Source of the DNA: a virus
Virus record (IMG/VR): IMGVR_UViG_3300047319_000877
Reading direction: 5' to 3' (one strand)
Length of the DNA stretch: 46,976 nt
In this document: positions 42,482 through 46,976 of the stretch, one piece after another
Position numbering within the stretch: position 1 is the first letter of the stretch
Layout: each line of letters starts with the position of its first letter
The notes under the pieces: generated by a model
The model's input: the letters and a program-made list of their open reading frames with translations, nothing else
Database searches by the model: none
What the model was told of the DNA's origin: nothing
Program-made: the position numbers and the translations under genes

Positions 42482-43754
42482 TTTGATGGCACCAGATGAT
42501 GGAAATGGATCAGTTGGTGGTGAAGTTGATTCAAGTGAAGGAAAAGATACATTTGAACTACTGAGTGAAGAACCAGAAGAAGTTCTAGACATAGAACCTA
42601 AGAAAAAGATTAAAGATGAGGTAGATGATGGCGAAGAAAAAGACGACGAAACAGAAGAAGACGAAGAGGAAGTAGATGAATTAACGGAACTTGAAGAAGA
42701 ATTAAAGGGACCGAAGGAAGAAGATCTAGAATTAACGACACCAGTTCGACGGAAGGAAATTCTAGCTAAATATCCGAAACTATTCAAGGATTTCCCCTAT
42801 CTTGAGAAGGCATACTATAGGGAACAACAATTTACGGAAGTCTTTCCAACAGTTCAGGAGGCTAAAGCTGCTGGAGAGAAGTCTAGAATCATGGATCGTG
42901 TTGAATCTGAGATAATGAATGGTGATATTACATCTATTCTAAAGGCAGCAAAACAGGAAAACAATGAATCATTCCTTAGAATAGCTGATAATTATCTTCC
43001 TACGCTGAGATCAGTAGATCCGCAGGCTTATTATCATGTTTTGGGTAATGTTGTCAAAGATACCATCATTACGATGGTTAAAGAGGCCCGCGCACTCGGA
43101 GAAAACGGACAACCATTACAGGCGGCAGCTAATATTCTGAATCAATTCGTGTTTGGAAGTCAGAATTTTCAGCCACCCCAACCATTATCTAGACAAGTTA
43201 GACCTGATGAACAAAATAGAGAACGAGAATTTCAACAAAGAGAACAACAAAGAGTAATGAGTTCGTTCGAGTCCACTAAAACAGACTTACAGACACGGGC
43301 TGACAATGTTTTAAGAAGTACAATCGATCAGAACATCGATCCTAATGGAACGATGACTGATTATGTGAAGAAAAATGCAACTAAAGATGCATTCGAGTCA
43401 TTGGAATCATTAATTGTAAAGGATTCACGATTTCGTGGAATTCTGGATAAATTGTGGGAGAAAGCATTCCAACAGAATTTCGATAAAGACTCTACAGACA
43501 AGATTAAATCAGCCTATCTCTCTAAGGCCAAGACACTGTTGCCATCAGTGATAAAAAGGGCACGAAATGAAGCCTTAAGAGGATTGGGTCGCAGAAATGG
43601 ATCAACTGAAGAGGTTGAAAGTGAGACTCTCACTACCAGAAAGAGTCCATCAGTTAGTAATGGCCGATCCACAGCCCCCTCAAGTGGAAAAATCAGAAGT
43701 GGGAAAGATATTCCGAAAGGAATGAGTACACTAGAATTTCTAATGAAGGATTAG
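42459..43754 (+). CDS. Scaffolding protein (about 431 aa from the ATG at 42459)
   Basis: Very acidic N-terminal region (EEDEEEVDELTELEEEL), helical and charged throughout, immediately upstream of the capsid gene. AGGAGA lies 8 nt before the ATG at 42459. Confidence 0.6.
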   Translation: MRNQLFNNLMAPDDGNGSVGGEVDSSEGKDTFELLSEEPEEVLDIEPKKKIKDEVDDGEEKDDETEEDEEEVDELTELEEELKGPKEEDLELTTPVRRKEILAKYPKLFKDFPYLEKAYYREQQFTEVFPTVQEAKAAGEKSRIMDRVESEIMNGDITSILKAAKQENNESFLRIADNYLPTLRSVDPQAYYHVLGNVVKDTIITMVKEARALGENGQPLQAAANILNQFVFGSQNFQPPQPLSRQVRPDEQNREREFQQREQQRVMSSFESTKTDLQTRADNVLRSTIDQNIDPNGTMTDYVKKNATKDAFESLESLIVKDSRFRGILDKLWEKAFQQNFDKDSTDKIKSAYLSKAKTLLPSVIKRARNEALRGLGRRNGSTEEVESETLTTRKSPSVSNGRSTAPSSGKIRSGKDIPKGMSTLEFLMKD

Positions 43755-43764
43755 GGGGCAAGTT

Positions 43765-45015
43765 ATGGCCGTAACCGAATCTCAGGTAGCAGCAACTGAA
43801 CTAGAGAAGGTAATTCCTAAAGTTCGTATGCTGTTTGAGCGTGATGACAGATTTTACTCGAATATCAAGAAAAGGGAAGTTGAAAAAATCTCGCACCGTC
43901 AGATGCGAGTTCCGCTGGAAATTCGTCCGGGTGGAAGTTTTCAATATTTCAACCCAGATGGTGGGGATCTTGGTCGCGGTGGTGGTTCGACCTTTGATAA
44001 GGCCGTACTCAACTGCGTATTTCTGTCAGAGAATATCGAATACACTAAATTGACTCAATGGGCAACTGATGATGCACGTAAAGCTGTAATCAATGCTGTC
44101 CGTAAATTGACTTCCACGGCATTGGATGAAATGCGTCGTCAGTTGGATAGTCAGATGATGCAGGCGGGAGATGGAGTCATTGGTGTAGTTACTAGTGATA
44201 CTCCTGCAGGTGGATCTAATGTCATTACTTGCACCACTGATGGATTTGGAATTCGTCTGATGAGATATGATCAGACAGTTCAAATCTTTAATGCTGCATT
44301 GGATACAAATAAGGGAAGTGGAAAAATTACATTCTACGATGTGGAAAATAAGACTATTAACATCACTCCACAGATTCCTGGAGTAATTGGAACTGATAAG
44401 ATTGTAACTAATGGAATTACGGCTCCAAAGTCAATGCAGGGATTGTTTGGAGTTCCATATCACCATTCCAATGATTCATCTGGAACTTGGCTTGGATTTA
44501 GTCGTACGACTACTCCAGAGATTCGTGCCAATAACGTGAATGCTAATAATAACGCAATGACTTTACCACTTCCACGATTGGCTATGAATAAAATCGGTAA
44601 TAGAGTTGGAATTGAGAATACATTCAATCCAACAGCGTGGTTGCATCCATGTCAGATGCAGGCATACGAAGAAATCGGTCAATTGGTTTCCATCATACAG
44701 AAAACAACCAAGGAAGAAGGGTTGAATATGTATTTTGGAAGCAATATGCAACTAGCTGGAGCTGGAGTTAAACCCAGTTTCAGTTGGGATAAAACACGCA
44801 TCGACTTTATTGTTGATGAAGTGTGGGGACGCGCGGAAATTCTTCCCATCGGATTCTATACAACTGATGGAAGGAAAATCTTCGAGATTCGTGGACCCAG
44901 TGGTGGTGTAGCGGCAGCGGAAATCTTCTACATGGTTGTGGGGATGCAAACGTACGTGAATAATCCCGCGGCGTGTAGTTACATTAATCAACTTGCTGTT
45001 CCCGTCGGATACTGA
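43765..45015 (+). CDS. Major capsid protein (416 aa)
   Basis: Position after the scaffold, size, GGGGG SD. Confidence 0.65.
   Translation: MAVTESQVAATELEKVIPKVRMLFERDDRFYSNIKKREVEKISHRQMRVPLEIRPGGSFQYFNPDGGDLGRGGGSTFDKAVLNCVFLSENIEYTKLTQWATDDARKAVINAVRKLTSTALDEMRRQLDSQMMQAGDGVIGVVTSDTPAGGSNVITCTTDGFGIRLMRYDQTVQIFNAALDTNKGSGKITFYDVENKTINITPQIPGVIGTDKIVTNGITAPKSMQGLFGVPYHHSNDSSGTWLGFSRTTTPEIRANNVNANNNAMTLPLPRLAMNKIGNRVGIENTFNPTAWLHPCQMQAYEEIGQLVSIIQKTTKEEGLNMYFGSNMQLAGAGVKPSFSWDKTRIDFIVDEVWGRAEILPIGFYTTDGRKIFEIRGPSGGVAAAEIFYMVVGMQTYVNNPAACSYINQLAVPVGY
44971..44986 (+). promoter_or_regulatory. Late-motif copy GCGTGTAGTTACATTA in the 3' end of the capsid gene
   Basis: Lies 56 nt before the ATG at 45043. 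Confidence 0.3.
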
Positions 45016-45042
45016 AATCTAGTACGAAATAGGAGACATGAA

Positions 45043-45339
45043 ATGCCCCTAATAGCATCCGATTGGAGTCAGGTTTCACCTACAGGTCAGTCTGTTCCTG
45101 TTACTTTAGCTAGTGCAGCATCAATTGCACCTACTACTTTCTTGACTATTTTGACTGGTAACGTAGCTGTTGCTACAATCGTTCCACCAGTTTCACATAC
45201 ACATATGCTAGCAATTGAATTTGCTGGAGCTGCTGGTGTGGTGGCTACAGGTAATATTAAGACTGCTGTAGCTAGTGTAGCTGGTGTGGCGAATCTATTT
45301 CTATACAACCCAGCGACAGGTAAATATACACCTGTTTAG
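45043..45339 (+). CDS. Small A/V/T-rich protein (98 aa), paralogue of 45455..45745
   Basis: Shares TLASAASI[AS]P.T...[IV].TG......TIVP with the next small ORF. Confidence 0.6.
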   Translation: MPLIASDWSQVSPTGQSVPVTLASAASIAPTTFLTILTGNVAVATIVPPVSHTHMLAIEFAGAAGVVATGNIKTAVASVAGVANLFLYNPATGKYTPV

Positions 45340-45372
45340 TTGGTAGTCATCAGGTGGTGGCTCCCTTAATGG

Positions 45373-45388
45373 TCTAAGCCGACTTAGA
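45373..45388 (+). terminator. Hairpin TCTAAG-ccga-CTTAGA
   Basis: 6-bp stem with tetraloop in the 115-nt spacer between the paralogues. Confidence 0.3.
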
Positions 45389-45397
45389 ACATCACTC

Positions 45398-45413
45398 ACG
45401 TGTAGATACAGGG
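45398..45413 (+). promoter_or_regulatory. Late-motif copy ACGTGTAGATACAGGG
   Basis: Lies 41 nt before the ATG at 45455. CGTGTAG pairs with CTACACG (45421-45427). Confidence 0.4.
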
Positions 45414-45454
45414 GGCGAAACTACACGAATTCATCTCATGGTGGAGGAGGAGAG

Positions 45455-45745
45455 ATGATACCAGGAACAACGTCAAAGCTAAGTGAATCTACATTGGCAT
45501 CGGCTGCAAGTATTAGTCCCAAAACTGATATCGTGAAAGTAACTGGAAGTACCCAAATCAATACAATAGTTCCATCATTCGGTGGGGGATTTAGCGGATT
45601 CGTAATTCTAGTCCCGACTGATGGTGGAATTACAATTGGAACATCAGGAAATATTCTAGTAGGACTAGCTGCTGCTCAGAATAGATCCTTGATGTTGATT
45701 TATGTTCGTTCACTTGGTAAGTGGATAATTGAAAATGGTGTGTAG
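45455..45745 (+). CDS. Small protein (96 aa), paralogue of 45043..45339
   Basis: GGAGGAGGAG SD. Shared N-terminal motif with the 98-aa ORF. Confidence 0.6.
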   Translation: MIPGTTSKLSESTLASAASISPKTDIVKVTGSTQINTIVPSFGGGFSGFVILVPTDGGITIGTSGNILVGLAAAQNRSLMLIYVRSLGKWIIENGV

Positions 45746-45753
45746 GTAGTAAA

Positions 45754-46287
45754 ATGGAAACGATTGAAACCCTGAACCAACGTCTAGTTGATTATTACGG
45801 ACTCGACTCCGATACAGGCCGACCAATGTTCAGAATTGTGTGGGCCAATGATGAAGTCGAGAAACAAATGGTCAATCATACTAGTTCAGGGTTTCAATTA
45901 CTCTATCCAGTATTAGCTGAAGTCAAAAAGTATCCATACTTAAAGGATTTATATGTTCTTGAGCGTCTTGTTGTTGTTCCTGATATTAACCAGCCTGAAA
46001 TTCCAGTCTCTAAATTATCGTATGAGCCTATTTGGTGCTATAGAGATTCTTCTGGTAATTCTCTACCTCCAGTATGGGATGCTACACAATTTGTGGTAGA
46101 TACACTTTACGCGGCATTAGGTAAGAAATCATTAAAGAAATACGTCGAACCTGATCTTAATGAAGAAAAGGAAGATAGAGTAAAGAAAATTCAAGATGAA
46201 CTATTTGGAAATGAGACTGAGGTTGGAGATGCGCTGGCTTACGGATCGGGAGTTGTGGTTCCAAGTAACTATAAAAAGGTGGAATAA
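45754..46287 (+). CDS. Hypothetical head/neck-module protein (177 aa)
   Basis: ORF with TAATG coupling to the next CDS. Confidence 0.55.
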   Translation: METIETLNQRLVDYYGLDSDTGRPMFRIVWANDEVEKQMVNHTSSGFQLLYPVLAEVKKYPYLKDLYVLERLVVVPDINQPEIPVSKLSYEPIWCYRDSSGNSLPPVWDATQFVVDTLYAALGKKSLKKYVEPDLNEEKEDRVKKIQDELFGNETEVGDALAYGSGVVVPSNYKKVE

Positions 46288-46976
46288 TGAGTTTAGTAGG
46301 TGAATTTCCCGGACTTGGTCAGACTAATCGTCGAACAATTAGAGCACCTGTCAATCCATTAGATAAGTCTACAGTCGTTTCAATTCTTCCAAAACAAGTA
46401 AGTGCGAATAAGATAACAATTCAACCTGGTACGTTTGAAATAGCTCCAGGAACACTCGAAAATCCATCAATTCTTGTGGTTGGAACATCAAGTTGGTGGC
46501 GTGAAGTCGATATAGATCAACCATTACTCGAAATTCCAGTTTCAAGTATTCAAGTTGCTGATTCTATCGTTAAGGATTATTGTAATGGACTATTGGGATG
46601 TAATATGAATGAAATGATGCCTGGATTATTCTATGTTCCAGGTGAGTTTAGTGTAAAGAAATTAAAAGAAGAGTATTCACAACTATTTATTAAAGCTAAA
46701 GCCAATCAGAACAGATGGTTCATGGAATTAATTCGAATTGCTGACATTCTATGGAGTCGAACCAATGGAAATCCATTATCCATAAGTGATGATGCACGAT
46801 TGGGATGTATTGAATTGAATATTTCAAATAAACCTTGGTTGGGTGATGTTCAATCAATGGAATTAGTTCGATGTATTGCATGTGGTTCACTGAGGAATCC
46901 ACAATTTCCAATTTGTCAGACTTGTCATGCAATTGTTGATCCTGTTAAGGCGAAGGAACTCGGACTTACATTCGTT
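46287..46976 (+). CDS. Junction-spanning hypothetical structural-module protein (232 aa in total; continues at 128..136 after circularisation)
   Basis: ATG at 46287 overlaps the upstream TAA. The frame is open to the window end, exactly 230 codons. The ORF track missed it because there is no stop in the window. Confidence 0.8.
   Translation, partial: MSLVGEFPGLGQTNRRTIRAPVNPLDKSTVVSILPKQVSANKITIQPGTFEIAPGTLENPSILVVGTSSWWREVDIDQPLLEIPVSSIQVADSIVKDYCNGLLGCNMNEMMPGLFYVPGEFSVKKLKEEYSQLFIKAKANQNRWFMELIRIADILWSRTNGNPLSISDDARLGCIELNISNKPWLGDVQSMELVRCIACGSLRNPQFPICQTCHAIVDPVKAKELGLTFV
46850..46976. repeat. Terminal direct overlap, identical to 1-127
   Basis: See the feature at 1-127. Confidence 0.97.

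Noticed and set aside
42416-42787. Ser-rich 123-aa minus-strand ORF (similarly 39762..40004, and the short antisense ORFs listed inside large genes)
   Set aside because: They are antisense shadows of acidic or low-complexity coding regions on the strand that carries the coherent operon. There are no RBSs and the composition is implausible.
46720-46932. 70-aa minus-strand ORF near the window end
   Set aside because: It is antisense to the junction-spanning CDS, which is in operon orientation and translationally coupled to the upstream gene.
1-46976. Temperate lifestyle, alternative genetic code, phage-encoded RNA polymerase
   Set aside because: No integrase, recombinase or CI-like repressor is recognisable. 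Long uninterrupted ORFs under the standard code argue against stop-codon reassignment. No ORF shows single-subunit RNA polymerase motifs or double-psi beta-barrel DxDGD motifs; the only PolA-like motifs belong to an exonuclease-bearing DNA polymerase. All of these are by-eye negatives and should be confirmed with profile searches.

Overview
The window is a complete tailed dsDNA phage genome. Its first 127 nt are identical to its last 127 nt, leaving 46,849 bp of unique sequence that closes into a circle. One CDS runs across the junction.

Gene layout is two opposed arms:
- A rightward arm (32344 -> end -> 1 -> 15690) carries an EndoVII-like nuclease, an HTH protein, IPT/TIG and beta-helix depolymerase-like cassettes, the large terminase, portal, scaffold, major capsid, tail tube/nozzle-like proteins and two modular tail fibres. 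It also carries a GNAT-like protein, low-complexity internal virion proteins and a 1721-aa multi-domain ejection-type protein.
- A leftward arm (31794 -> 15684) carries a tightly coupled early/replication operon: SprT-SNF2 fusion, ParB-like protein, P-loop kinase, Cas4-like nuclease, Sak4-like ATPase with a DUF669-like protein, a hyper-acidic protein, two cold-shock-domain proteins, a UDG-like-exo-PolA fusion, a DUF3987-like protein, MazG and many zinc-ribbon micro-ORFs.

I could not recognise a phage RNA polymerase, sigma factor, integrase, tRNA, CRISPR array or reverse transcriptase. All family calls come from motifs read by eye, not from searches.

The most unusual content is non-coding and sits around the arm-switch region (about 30.26-32.34 kb):
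- a roughly 235-bp imperfect palindrome centred on an A9-C-A12 tract
- clusters of short direct and inverted repeats
- a G+C-rich CDS with foreign-looking codon usage
- GC-rich spacers whose stems are G-U compensated only on the leftward transcript

Other leads:
- a conserved 12-16 nt motif (GCGTGTRRNTAC...) ahead of the head/accessory genes at 33.3-45.5 kb of the rightward arm
- a GHKL-ATPase plus HExxH domain pair inside the giant virion protein
- an SprT-SNF2 fusion
- a hyper-acidic candidate DNA mimic flanked by structured spacers
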